From positions 42,303 to 106,302 of the forward strand of contig JAWODD010000041.1 of NCBI GenBank assembly GCA_046483445.1: DNA of 64,000 nt, written 5' to 3'. A model generated the notes under the pieces. That model worked only from the letters and a program-made list of their open reading frames with translations. It made no database searches and was not told where the DNA came from. Source of the stretch: Bacillota bacterium (lineage in GTDB: Bacteria; Bacillota; Dethiobacteria; DTU022). Each line of letters begins with the position of its first letter. The first letter of the stretch is position 1. This document shows positions 35,718 to 45,187 of the stretch, piece by piece. The position numbers were made by a program, and so were the translations under genes.

Positions 35718-37036
35718 CGAAGAAAGCCGCCTTTTATACGCTTGGTTGTAAAGTTAATTATTGTGAAACTGAAGCGATGCAGGTTCTTTTTGAACGGGCC
35801 GGTTACCGGATCACTGAATTTGACGACCGGGCCGATGTTTATGTGATTAACACCTGTACCGTTACCGGCAGGAGCGATCATAAGTCAAGAAAAGCGATCC
35901 GCAGGGCCCGCCGCCGTTCGCCTGAGGCAGTTGTAGTGGTCACCGGTTGTTATGCCCAGGGGGCGCCGGAAAAAATAAAGCAGATGGACCAGGCGGATTT
36001 GATTATTGGCACTCATAACCGGGAGAATCTTCCTGCACTGGTTGAATCTTTAGAACGTGGTTCTTCGCTGGATTTGGTTTGTGAGCATCAGGCCGGCAGC
36101 GGTTTTGAGATGCTGCCCCCGGTGCGCAAGCAAAAAGGGCGCACTCGCGGGTTCCTCAAGGTGCAGGAAGGTTGTGACCAAAATTGTAGTTATTGTGTAA
36201 TTCCCCGGGTAAGAGGACCATTGCGCAGCCTGCCGCTGGAGGAAGTATACAACCGGGCAAAGGCACTGGTCGACTCCGGTTGCCGGGAGATTGTGTTGAC
36301 CGGAATACACCTGGGGTTTTATGGGGTCGACCTTGACGGGTTTACCCTGACTGATCTTCTTAAAAAGCTGGAAGATATTCCCTCCCTGCTTCGCTTGCGC
36401 CTCAGTTCCCTGGAACCTTCCGATATCACTCCGGAATTTGTGGACCAGATCAGCAGTTCCAATATTATCTGTCCGCATATACATTTGCCTTTACAGAGTG
36501 GTGATAGCGAAATTTTACGGTTGATGAACCGGCCTTACGAGGCTATCGAATATTTATACCTGGCCAAGTGGCTTAAACAGGAAATTCCCGGGCTTTCCTT
36601 AAGCACCGATGTGGTGGTGGGTTTTCCCGGAGAAACAGAGCGACACCACCGCCGCAGCTTGAAATTGGTTGAAGAGATTGGTTTCAGCAGGCTGCACGTG
36701 TTTAAATTTTCTCCCCGTCCCGGAACTGCTGCAGCTGAATTTAAAGAACAAATTGCCAATGAGATAAAAAACAGGCGCAGTAAGGAAATGATTAAGCTGG
36801 GTGAAAAAATGGCTTCAGACTATCGTCGCAGGTTTATCGGTTCGGTCCAGCCCGTTTTGGTGGAGAAGATTGTACCTTACTCTTATGGTGAAGGCTTTAC
36901 TCCCCATTACCTGCGGGTAAGAATTTCTAGCGGAATAAAAGGCCTGCATTGGCGGGGTAAATTGATCAATGCCCGCCTGGAAGAGGAAGACGGTTCCTAT
37001 CTCAGGGCCGTCCGTATGCGAAAAGTAAAATCATGA
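35714..37036 (+). CDS. mtaB: tRNA t6A37 methylthiotransferase (MiaB-like radical-SAM)
   Basis: N-terminal MTTase domain (AAFYTLGCKVNYCETE). Radical-SAM motif CDQNCSYCVIP. C-terminal TRAM domain. ATGA overlap with rsmE. Confidence 0.85.
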   Translation: MTKKAAFYTLGCKVNYCETEAMQVLFERAGYRITEFDDRADVYVINTCTVTGRSDHKSRKAIRRARRRSPEAVVVVTGCYAQGAPEKIKQMDQADLIIGTHNRENLPALVESLERGSSLDLVCEHQAGSGFEMLPPVRKQKGRTRGFLKVQEGCDQNCSYCVIPRVRGPLRSLPLEEVYNRAKALVDSGCREIVLTGIHLGFYGVDLDGFTLTDLLKKLEDIPSLLRLRLSSLEPSDITPEFVDQISSSNIICPHIHLPLQSGDSEILRLMNRPYEAIEYLYLAKWLKQEIPGLSLSTDVVVGFPGETERHHRRSLKLVEEIGFSRLHVFKFSPRPGTAAAEFKEQIANEIKNRRSKEMIKLGEKMASDYRRRFIGSVQPVLVEKIVPYSYGEGFTPHYLRVRISSGIKGLHWRGKLINARLEEEDGSYLRAVRMRKVKS

Positions 37037-37046
37037 TATTTTAGTA

Positions 37047-37787
37047 TTAATCTGTTTCTGCAAGATTTTCAACAAGCAGGGCCAGGTCTTTTAAACTGCC
37101 CCGGTAGTCATAAACGGGGTCTTTTTGTGTGCGATCCAGGATATAACCTTCTACCAAAAAGGTGTCCATCCCGACTTCAGCAGCACTTAGATCTTCTAAA
37201 GTATCATTGCCGGCCATCAGGCATTCACTGGGAGGACAATTGATCAGCCGGGATATTTCCCGGTAGTATTCCTGGTTTGGTTTGCAAAAGTGCATGTTTT
37301 CCATAGTGGTCACCAGCTGGAAGTTTTCTACGGGTAGACCGCTCCATGATAAACGCTCACAGGTGGCAGCGGCCGGGAAGATAGGATTGGTGGCCAGCAC
37401 CAGGATTAATTTTTTCTCCCGGGCCGCATCGATCACTTCCCGGGTGTATGGTAGTTGCTGCCCCCACCCGCTTAATTGCGGAAAGACATTTTGATAAAAA
37501 TTGTCTACAACCGGTTTGATATTTTCATAAGCCTGTCCGGTTAAGCGGCAAAACTCTTCGTAAAAAGCAGTTTCATTAGTTTTTGCCGGGTCCTGATTTT
37601 GAATCATGGCATTTGTGGCTTCAAACAGGTGCCGGGCAAATTCATTTCTATCAATGCAGCCATCGAATTCCCTGGAAAGGACTTCGATATAAGCGGGGAT
37701 GAATTTTTCCAGATCAAGCCCCAAAAGGGTTCCGTCCAGATCGAGCAGCAGAGCCCGGTATTTTTGCTTTTTATGGGGATCGCTCAT
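37047..37787 (-). CDS. HAD-superfamily hydrolase
   Basis: LLLDLDGTLL is the HAD motif I (DxDGT). 246 aa. Confidence 0.7.
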   Translation of the reverse strand: MSDPHKKQKYRALLLDLDGTLLGLDLEKFIPAYIEVLSREFDGCIDRNEFARHLFEATNAMIQNQDPAKTNETAFYEEFCRLTGQAYENIKPVVDNFYQNVFPQLSGWGQQLPYTREVIDAAREKKLILVLATNPIFPAAATCERLSWSGLPVENFQLVTTMENMHFCKPNQEYYREISRLINCPPSECLMAGNDTLEDLSAAEVGMDTFLVEGYILDRTQKDPVYDYRGSLKDLALLVENLAETD

Positions 37788-38164
37788 GTTTGCTGTTCAC
37801 CATCATCTTCAGTTAGTCCCATTAATTCTGAATCATATATTTCACTGGTGGCATCGCTGATTATTTTTTGGATATCCTGCAGGAGCATGGCCATTTTATA
37901 TTCAGCCTGTAAATATCTTTTAGCGGTTAAGTTCATATTGACTACCTCAAGCAATTTTTGCAATTTTTCTTCCTGATCTTTTGAAACTTCAACACCGGAC
38001 AACTTTTGTTTTTCAAGTTCAAACTGTTTGTTGCGAAAATCCATAACCATTTGTTTTGCCGGCTGATCAGCCTTTAAAGCTTCCGTAGCATCTTTCATTT
38101 CCTTGAATTCTGCCGATTCCCTTAAAGCTTTGGCCAGGTTGTGAGCGGCGTTATAGGGATTCAT
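37784..38164 (-). CDS. YheA/YmcA/YlbF-family (UPF0342) protein
   Basis: MNPYNAAHNLAKALRESAEFKEMKDA... parallels B. subtilis YheA (MNIYDLAHNLEKALKESEEFKNLK). 126 aa helical protein. 4-nt overlap with the HAD gene downstream. Confidence 0.7.
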   Translation of the reverse strand: MNPYNAAHNLAKALRESAEFKEMKDATEALKADQPAKQMVMDFRNKQFELEKQKLSGVEVSKDQEEKLQKLLEVVNMNLTAKRYLQAEYKMAMLLQDIQKIISDATSEIYDSELMGLTEDDGEQQT

Positions 38165-38410
38165 TGTGCTAACACTCCTTTTAATAAATTTGGTACAGGC
38201 GCATTAATTTCCTGTCATTTTCCTGTCAGCCCCGGCTATTGCTTTAACTTAAGTTCCAGGTGCAGCAGGGCTGAAGCATAAAGAGAAATAGTTTCTCACT
38301 GTTTTAATTATAGCTGATTGAATTATATGTGTAAAAACTTTATGCAAAAAAAGGTAATAAGTTCTTTTTAGAGAAGTATATCTAACATACTCAGTTCATC
38401 TGCGTTTAAC

Positions 38411-38439
38411 TTCTCAATATATATGAGCTGTGTTATAAT
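38411..38439 (+). promoter_or_regulatory. putative sigma-A promoter (extended -10) for the HIT-rpsU-yqeY unit
   Basis: TTCTCA, a 17-nt spacer ending in TGT, then TATAAT at 38434-38439, 20 nt upstream of the RBS AGGAGG. Confidence 0.45.
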
Positions 38440-38459
38440 ACCGCTCAGGAGGAATAAAA

Positions 38460-38822
38460 ATGCCTGATGATTGCATTTTTTGCAAAATCATAAACCGGGA
38501 GCTGGATGCGGATATAGTTTATGAAGATGAACATGCCGTGGCTTTTAAAGATATTAACCCGGCAGCTCCTGTCCATATTCTGGTGGTTCCGCGCAAGCAT
38601 ATTCCTACTTTACTGGACCTGGAAAAGGAAGATGAAGGCCTGATCGGCCACCTGCATTCTGTGGCTAATGCAGTAGCCAGGGCTTTCAATGTGGATAAAA
38701 AAGGTTTCCGGGTAGTGATCAACTGCGGCGCGGACGCAGGGCAGATCGTTTTCCACCTCCACCTCCATCTCCTGGGAGGAAGACCTTTTTTGCAAACCAT
38801 GGCCAAGGGGAGAGGGGTATAA
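38460..38822 (+). CDS. HIT-family (histidine triad) nucleotide hydrolase
   Basis: CIFCKII...HILVVPRKHI...HLHLHLLGG is the HxHxHxx triad. 120 aa. Confidence 0.85.
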   Translation: MPDDCIFCKIINRELDADIVYEDEHAVAFKDINPAAPVHILVVPRKHIPTLLDLEKEDEGLIGHLHSVANAVARAFNVDKKGFRVVINCGADAGQIVFHLHLHLLGGRPFLQTMAKGRGV

Positions 38823-38875
38823 ATGCATTACAGTAAGTTTCCCTGGCAATGGTTGAAGGAGAGGGGGGAAGAGTT

Positions 38876-39049
38876 GTGGCAGAAGTAAAAATCGGCAAGA
38901 ATGAAACCTTGGATAAGGCCTTGAAAAGGTTCAAGAAGCAATGCGCCCGTACGGGTGTGATCTCTGAAGCGCGGAAGCGTGAGCATTACGAAAAACCCAG
39001 CGAGCGCCGTAAGAAAAAAGCCGACGCCGCCAGAAAAAGACGCCGCTAG
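38876..39049 (+). CDS. rpsU: 30S ribosomal protein S21
   Basis: (M)[47 protein letters not shown] closely parallels the S21 consensus. GTG start with a GGAGGGG RBS. The upstream part of the track ORF (from 38849) was rejected. Confidence 0.85.
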   Translation: MAEVKIGKNETLDKALKRFKKQCARTGVISEARKREHYEKPSERRKKKADAARKRRR

Positions 39050-39082
39050 GCCTATATATTAATGGGAGGGGAAATCCTGTCT

Positions 39083-39535
39083 ATGGCTGAAAAAGGCTTG
39101 ACAGACAAGTTATATGAAGACCAGAAACTGGCATCGAAAGCCAAAGATCGCTTTCGGCTTTCAGTAATCCGCATGCTGCGTGCTGAATTGCAAAATAGTG
39201 CCATAGAGAAAAGGGCGCCTTTGGAAGCAGATGAAGAACTGGCCATATTAAGCCGTGAAGTGAAAAAAAGGCAGGAGTCCCTTGGAGATTATAAGCGAGC
39301 GGGCCGGCAGGATCTGGTGGATGATTTGCACAAGGAGATTGAAATTCTGCAGGAATACCTTCCCGAACAGCTTTCTGAAGAGGAACTGGAAAAAATGGTT
39401 GAAGAAGCAATAGCTGCAACCGGAGCGGGATCAAAAAAAGCAATGGGGAAGGTTATGGGTTTAATCATGCCCAAGGTTAAAGGTAAAGCCGACGGGAATA
39501 CGGTCCGTCGAATAGTGGAAGATAAACTGGAATAA
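39083..39535 (+). CDS. yqeY: GatB/YqeY-domain protein
   Basis: ...DLVDDLHKEIEILQEYLPEQLSEEELEKMVEEAIAATGAGSKKAMGKVMGLIMPKVKGKADGNTVRRIV is the typical YqeY C-terminus. rpsU-yqeY adjacency as in Bacillus. Confidence 0.8.
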   Translation: MAEKGLTDKLYEDQKLASKAKDRFRLSVIRMLRAELQNSAIEKRAPLEADEELAILSREVKKRQESLGDYKRAGRQDLVDDLHKEIEILQEYLPEQLSEEELEKMVEEAIAATGAGSKKAMGKVMGLIMPKVKGKADGNTVRRIVEDKLE

Positions 39536-39549
39536 ACTGTAGTAAATAA

Positions 39550-39575
39550 CAGCCCGGCTGGCTAAAGCCGGGCTG
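39550..39575. other. perfect 10-bp hairpin without a U-tract, at the end of the rpsU-yqeY unit
   Basis: CAGCCCGGCT-ggctaa-AGCCGGGCTG. Possible factor-dependent terminator or RNA stabiliser. Confidence 0.35.
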
Positions 39576-39840
39576 CTATCTAAAGAGAGGCCGATTGTGG
39601 TAAGACTGTTACGGGCTCTTTTATAGACAACCTGCCTGCTTGTCGGGCTGGTTATTTTTCTACCCGGGGTTTTTTGAGGTAAGCGGCAATCAGCCGGGAA
39701 CCTCAAAGTGATGGATTATTGCCAGCTGAGAGCTGCCTTTATTTTTCATGAACTACTGGAACCGCCTTTGGCTGTCCGCAGAAAGCGAAAAAAAAGGGGT
39801 TTACCGGTAGTGGCAATAAAGGAAAAGAAGGTGTTTTACT

Positions 39841-40737
39841 ATGCCGGAAGACCGGCCCTGGCGCGGATTTAAAACCGTTAAAACCGCTGAAAGTGATCTA
39901 TTAATAATGGGCATCCCTTTTGATGGAGCGGTAAGCAGTGCCCGCGGCGCCGCTGAAGCGCCGTCCCGCCTGCGCAGGCTTTCAGTGAACACTCCCCCTG
40001 TTTCTGAAGAAGGCCTGGATTTGCGCAGACTTGTAATCAGTGATCGAGGCGACGCAACCCTTAATCCTGAAGAAGGCAATTATTTTAATAAAGTTGCCGC
40101 AGAAGCCCTGGGATTGTTCAAAACTGGCAAATTCAGCCTATTTCTTGGCGGGGATCATTCTGTGACCATCCCGCTGGGCAAAGCCTTTACCGATTGTTAT
40201 AAACCAAAGCAGGTGGGAATGATTCACCTGGATGCGCATTGTGATTTGATGGATTCATATCAAGGCAATCGCTGGTCACATGCTTGTCCTCAAAGGCGTT
40301 TCCTCGAACATGACAATGTTTTTTCAAATAACCTGGCCCTGGTCGGTATCCGAAACTATGAAGTTGAAGAGATAGAATTTTTACGAAAAAATCCTTCTAT
40401 TACGGTAATTAACTCCCGGCAATTTTATCTAAGGCCTCACCAGGATATTCAGCACCAGGTAATTAAGGCAATGCAGGGTTTAGATGCGGTTTACCTGTCA
40501 TTAGATATTGATGTCCTGGACCCGGCCTATGCTCCCGGAACCGGGGTCCCTGAAGCCGGGGGACTTACCACCAGGGAAGTTATTGAATTTGTTCGTGGAA
40601 TAATGCTTAATTTACCGGTTAAAGCAATGGATCTTGTTGAAGTGGCCCCTCCGCTGGATCATTCTGACATAACCTCCTGGTCTGCCATTAGAATTGTCTA
40701 CGAAACATTTGCTGCTCTGGCTCTATCTCAAGAATAA
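39841..40737 (+). CDS. ureohydrolase (arginase/agmatinase family), likely agmatinase
   Basis: ...LFLGGDHSVTIPL...IHLDAHCDL...SLDIDVLDPA... are the Mn-binding motifs. 298 aa. Confidence 0.75.
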   Translation: MPEDRPWRGFKTVKTAESDLLIMGIPFDGAVSSARGAAEAPSRLRRLSVNTPPVSEEGLDLRRLVISDRGDATLNPEEGNYFNKVAAEALGLFKTGKFSLFLGGDHSVTIPLGKAFTDCYKPKQVGMIHLDAHCDLMDSYQGNRWSHACPQRRFLEHDNVFSNNLALVGIRNYEVEEIEFLRKNPSITVINSRQFYLRPHQDIQHQVIKAMQGLDAVYLSLDIDVLDPAYAPGTGVPEAGGLTTREVIEFVRGIMLNLPVKAMDLVEVAPPLDHSDITSWSAIRIVYETFAALALSQE

Positions 40738-40905
40738 ATACTGTTTAATAATTATACTTTCAAGCTATCGTAGTATGGATTCAAATGATAAAATATAGTA
40801 GAATCTTGTGCAGACTTTTAAAAGATTACTTTTCGGCGAATTTGATAAAGTTTTCAAGTCAATTAGGGCAAAATTAATCTTAACGATGAGAAGGGAGACT
40901 GGTTC

Positions 40906-41910
40906 TTGGTAGAAAGTGTAGCAAACCGCACTGTAATGCTTGAAAGCGGTGAAGAGGCAGTTCAACTGTTGGGGAAACAGGACCGGCATTTTAGTATGGT
41001 TGAAGATAAGTTTAATGTCCACTTGATTCCAAAAGGCCATGAACTGATCATTGAAGGACCGCCCGAGGAAGTGGAAGAACTCTACAAGATGTTTCAAGAA
41101 CTGCTGGTCCACATAAGAAAGGGGCATTTATTGACCAGCCGGGAATTTGAATATGCTTTGAAATTGACTGCCCAGGGGGATGTAGGGTCAATTCGTTCTT
41201 TATTCAGTGATTTGGTCCTGGTTACCCCCCGGGGCAAACAAATACGCCCGAAAACAATAGGCCAAAAACAGTACCTGGAAGCAATCCGTAAATGTGACCT
41301 GGTACTGTCAATTGGGCCTGCCGGGACGGGGAAAACATACCTTGCCCTGGCAATGGCTGTTGATGCTCTTAAAAGTAAACAGGTCCAGCGATTGATTTTA
41401 ACCAGGCCGGCAGTGGAAGCGGGAGAACACCTTGGCTTCCTTCCGGGGGATTTCCAGGAGAAAGTAGATCCGTACTTGCGTCCCATTTACGATGGGCTTT
41501 ATGATTTATTAGGTGTTGATGTCTTCCAGAAGTACAAGGAAAAAGGAATTATTGAGATAGCGCCCTTAGCCTATATGCGTGGTAGAACTCTCGATGATGC
41601 TTTTGTGATCCTTGATGAAGGACAGAATGCCACCTCGGAACAAATGAAAATGCTGCTAACCCGTCTTGGTTTTGGTTCAAAAGCTGTAGTTACCGGAGAT
41701 ATTACCCAGGTTGATTTACCCAGGGGACGTTATTCCGGGTTAGAAGAAGCTGCCCGCATATTAACCGGTATTGAAGGCATAGCCCGGGTTGATCTTAGCG
41801 AAAAGGATGTTGTCAGGCATCCGTTGGTCCAGAATATTATTAAAGCTTATGAAAAACACGAGGCTATGCAGGAAAGGGATCGGGATGAAGAAGAAAACAA
41901 CAATCGGTAA
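40906..41910 (+). CDS. phoH: PhoH-family ATPase (PhoH/YbeZ) with N-terminal KH-like region
   Basis: LVLSIGPAGTGKTYLALAMA (Walker A)...ILDEGQN... TTG start with an AAGGGAG RBS. Confidence 0.85.
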   Translation: MVESVANRTVMLESGEEAVQLLGKQDRHFSMVEDKFNVHLIPKGHELIIEGPPEEVEELYKMFQELLVHIRKGHLLTSREFEYALKLTAQGDVGSIRSLFSDLVLVTPRGKQIRPKTIGQKQYLEAIRKCDLVLSIGPAGTGKTYLALAMAVDALKSKQVQRLILTRPAVEAGEHLGFLPGDFQEKVDPYLRPIYDGLYDLLGVDVFQKYKEKGIIEIAPLAYMRGRTLDDAFVILDEGQNATSEQMKMLLTRLGFGSKAVVTGDITQVDLPRGRYSGLEEAARILTGIEGIARVDLSEKDVVRHPLVQNIIKAYEKHEAMQERDRDEEENNNR

Positions 41911-44122
41911 AATATTTGACCGTTCTATTTCCTTTAAAGAGAATACACGCCTGCAAAAGATTGTTTTGGTAGCCGGCTTGTTTTTTGCTATCTATCTTTT
42001 GCTGGTTTTTGTTAGCATGCCGGCGCGTTTGGATATTACGGTTGGCCGGCCCAGCCCGGATACTATATTTGCTCACCGGGATGAAGTTGATACTTATGCC
42101 ACAGAGCAGCTGCGGGATGAGGCAGCAGAAGACGTATCTGAAGTATATGATTATGATCCCCAGGTTTTGGAAAACGCTCTGGATGAAGTTAGTGAGTTTT
42201 TTGACGAAGTGATTGCCATCAATGAAAAAGGGATGGAAGTTGATGTGGAAGAGGTGTTGGATGAAGAAGTAAATGAAGAAGTAGATGAACTGGACGAAGA
42301 AGCAATAGATGAAGAAATCGAAGAAAATATGGATGAAGAAAAAGAGCAACTATTAGAGGAAAAGATAAGGGAAAAGAGGTTGGAAGAAATTCAGGAACTT
42401 TTACCTGGTGATCTTCCTGAAGAAACAGTAGCTTCGCTTATAACTGATAAAGAAAGTTTAAGAGATTTGCAGGGTGAAATCAATAATTCTTTAAGAGAAG
42501 TCTTTGAAGATGGGATTAAAGAAGGTGAAATGGAACTGGCCCGCAATCAATTGGAGCAAAAGATTGCGCTTTATCCTGTCAGTTCTCATCATAAAACCAT
42601 AGCCGAAGTTTTAGTGGATCCCCTGGTTGAACAGAATGAGTTTTTAAATGAAGAGGCAATCACGGAAAAACGAGAGCTGGCTCGCGAAGAAGTTGAACCG
42701 GAAATTATCCTGCGCAACACCCTTATTGTCAGTGAAGGAGAGCCGGTCAGCGAACACCAGTACTCACAGCTGGAGGACCTGGGCTTAATCAGGGGTCAGC
42801 AAGCTGATTACTCCGCTCACCTGGGCTTATTTCTGCTCCTGGTCATTTTATTTATTCTGATTGGCATCTACCTGTCGATATTTGTCAGAGACGTTTATAA
42901 CAGTCCCAGGCTGCTGTTGTTAACAGGATTAATTTTTCTGATCACCTTAATTTTTTGTGTGGCGGCCAACTATTTTTCCGGTTACTTAATTCCGGTAGCG
43001 ATTGGGGTAATCTTGATCACCGTAATGTTTGGCTATAAGCTGTCCCTGATCATAAACATTGCTTTAGCTGTTATGGTGGGCTTAATCACCGGGGGCGATT
43101 ATTCGTTTATCCTTGTGGCCCTGGCAGGCGGGTTGGTTTCCATATATGCTGTTACCAGGCTGAGCCAGCGCAGCGACTTGGCCCGGGCCGGTTTTTACGT
43201 AGCCGTTACCAATGTTGTGATTATTATGGCCACCTATTTATTTTTTGGTAATGTGAGTTTAGAGTACGATTCCCTGATTAACTTTAGTTACAGTATGAGT
43301 GCCGGTATCGGAAACGGTATTTTTGCTTCTGTGGTTGCTATTGGTTTACTGCCTTTCCTGGAAAATTTTTTTGGAGTTACCACAGCAATTACTCTGCTGG
43401 AACTTTCCAACCCCAACCATCCCCTGCTGCGGGAGATGTTGATGAAGGCGCCGGGGACCTATTACCACAGCATGATGGTATCAAATTTAGCCGAAGCTGC
43501 TGCCGACGTAGTAAAGGCCGACTCTTTGTTAACCAGGGTGGGGGCTTATTATCACGATATTGGCAAGTTAAAGCGCCCTTACTTTTTCTCGGAGAATCAA
43601 CTTTCGAATGAAAACCCGCACGCAAAAATATCTCCTAATTTAAGTGCTTTGATAATCGGGGCTCATCCCAAAGATGGCTTTCAAATTGGCAAAAAACATC
43701 GTTTGCCGGAATCCATACTGGAAATTGCTGTTCAGCATCATGGCACCAGCATGATTTCCTTTTTCTATCAGAAAGCACTGGAAAATAACTCCAGGGATAA
43801 TATTTCTGCCGATAAATTCCGTTATGAAGGCCCTAAACCGCAAACCAAAGAAGCGGCAATAATTATGCTTGCTGATGCTGTAGAAGCAGGGGTCCGCTCT
43901 ATTTCCAAGCCGACAAGCAACCGGGTTGAAACTATGGTTCGCCGTATGATCAAAGAGAAACTTGAAGACGGTCAGCTTGATCAATCTGATTTAACTTTGA
44001 AGGAATTGGACCAGATTGCCGAAGCGTTTATCTATATTATGGCCGGAATATATCATCAGCGCATTGAATACCCGGAAAAAGCTCTTAAAGCAGAACTGGA
44101 AAGGAACTCTGGAGCTAAATGA
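41885..44122 (+). CDS. pgpH: 7TM-receptor with intracellular HD hydrolase (PgpH/YqfF-type c-di-AMP phosphodiesterase family)
   Basis: ATG at 41885 (MKKKTTIGKIF...) with an AGGAAAGGGA RBS; the track ORF start at 41789 was rejected. N-terminal TM helix, acidic extracytoplasmic region, 7 TM helices, then the HD domain (YYHDIGK...HHGTS). Conserved phoH-pgpH-ybeY-dgkA order. Confidence 0.8.
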   Translation: MKKKTTIGKIFDRSISFKENTRLQKIVLVAGLFFAIYLLLVFVSMPARLDITVGRPSPDTIFAHRDEVDTYATEQLRDEAAEDVSEVYDYDPQVLENALDEVSEFFDEVIAINEKGMEVDVEEVLDEEVNEEVDELDEEAIDEEIEENMDEEKEQLLEEKIREKRLEEIQELLPGDLPEETVASLITDKESLRDLQGEINNSLREVFEDGIKEGEMELARNQLEQKIALYPVSSHHKTIAEVLVDPLVEQNEFLNEEAITEKRELAREEVEPEIILRNTLIVSEGEPVSEHQYSQLEDLGLIRGQQADYSAHLGLFLLLVILFILIGIYLSIFVRDVYNSPRLLLLTGLIFLITLIFCVAANYFSGYLIPVAIGVILITVMFGYKLSLIINIALAVMVGLITGGDYSFILVALAGGLVSIYAVTRLSQRSDLARAGFYVAVTNVVIIMATYLFFGNVSLEYDSLINFSYSMSAGIGNGIFASVVAIGLLPFLENFFGVTTAITLLELSNPNHPLLREMLMKAPGTYYHSMMVSNLAEAAADVVKADSLLTRVGAYYHDIGKLKRPYFFSENQLSNENPHAKISPNLSALIIGAHPKDGFQIGKKHRLPESILEIAVQHHGTSMISFFYQKALENNSRDNISADKFRYEGPKPQTKEAAIIMLADAVEAGVRSISKPTSNRVETMVRRMIKEKLEDGQLDQSDLTLKELDQIAEAFIYIMAGIYHQRIEYPEKALKAELERNSGAK

Positions 44123-44589
44123 GCACGACAGTTACCGTATTAATTGAGGGTTTTTATTTCTCTGAAGGCTTTAAGTGCAGCCTGGCAGAAACGGTTGATC
44201 ATGTTTTGAAGGAATATGATTTAAGCGGCGGAGAAGTTTCTTTGGTTTTAACCGGTGATCAGGATCTCCATAACCTTAATAAAGAGTTCAGGGGCATAGA
44301 TGCGCCAACAGATGTCCTCTCTTTTTGTTATCTCGACCCCGGCGAGGAATATCCTGAAGCAGGTGTAGAGTTCCCCGTGGGAGATGTTTATATTTCGCTG
44401 GAACGAGCCCTGGAGCAGGCCAAGCAGGCCGGAGATACACTGGAACAAGAATTGTTGTGGCTGGTAATCCATGGAGTGCTTCACCTGCTTGGGTATGATC
44501 ATGATACGGAGGAAAACGGCGGGGAGATGAGATCTAGAGAACAAGCAATAATCAATAAATTTGTTCATATCCTTCCTGGAGAAGATTAA
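44119..44589 (+). CDS. ybeY: rRNA maturation endoribonuclease YbeY
   Basis: HGVLHLLGYDHDTEE is the zinc-binding H3xH5xH motif. ATGA overlap with pgpH. Confidence 0.9.
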   Translation: MSTTVTVLIEGFYFSEGFKCSLAETVDHVLKEYDLSGGEVSLVLTGDQDLHNLNKEFRGIDAPTDVLSFCYLDPGEEYPEAGVEFPVGDVYISLERALEQAKQAGDTLEQELLWLVIHGVLHLLGYDHDTEENGGEMRSREQAIINKFVHILPGED

Positions 44590-44982
44590 ATGCGCAGGGT
44601 AATTACCAGTTTTAAGTATGCCGGCCGTGGGCTTTGGTATTGTTTTGCCACTCAAAAAAACATGATTGTGCATGCCTTGATCGGAGCCCTGGTTTTAATT
44701 GCTGCATGGGGGTTACAGGTTTCAGCAGTCGGTTTTTTATTTTTATTAACCGCTATTTTTTCAGTACTCGTTGCAGAAACTTTTAATACAGCCCTGGAAA
44801 AGGCAATAGATCTTTTTACCCAGGAGCGAAGCAGTTTTGCGCAGGGTGCCAAAGATATTGCTGCCGGAGCCGTTTTGTTGACTGCGGTATTTGCCGTTTT
44901 AGTAGGATTAATTGTTTTAGGTCCGCCCTTGTGGAAATTAATTAAAGCTTCTTTTCTTTTTTGCTGGATTATTCCGGTTTGA
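44590..44982 (+). CDS. dgkA: diacylglycerol kinase / undecaprenol kinase family protein
   Basis: 130-aa three-TM protein. ...KNMIVHALIGALVLI...ETFNTALE... is DgkA-like. Starts immediately after the ybeY stop. Confidence 0.85.
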   Translation: MRRVITSFKYAGRGLWYCFATQKNMIVHALIGALVLIAAWGLQVSAVGFLFLLTAIFSVLVAETFNTALEKAIDLFTQERSSFAQGAKDIAAGAVLLTAVFAVLVGLIVLGPPLWKLIKASFLFCWIIPV

Positions 44983-45187
44983 TGTAAACTTAATTTAATT
45001 CTTCCAGTTACCTTAACACTTTAGTAAAGGGTATAATAGCATTGTGAAAGCTACTAAAAATAAACTGGACCCAAAGCGGATTTAAAAATTGCCTGGTTAC
45101 ACTGCTGAAGGATAAACTAGTCTAGGTTACCTTTAATCGAGTTTAAAATATTTACGGTGGTTAATCCGTTGGATTTAAAAGGGGTGG

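Noticed and set aside
41789-41884. 5' extension of the pgpH ORF
   Set aside because: It is entirely inside phoH. The ATG at 41885 has a proper RBS and gives a sensible N-terminus immediately before the first TM helix.
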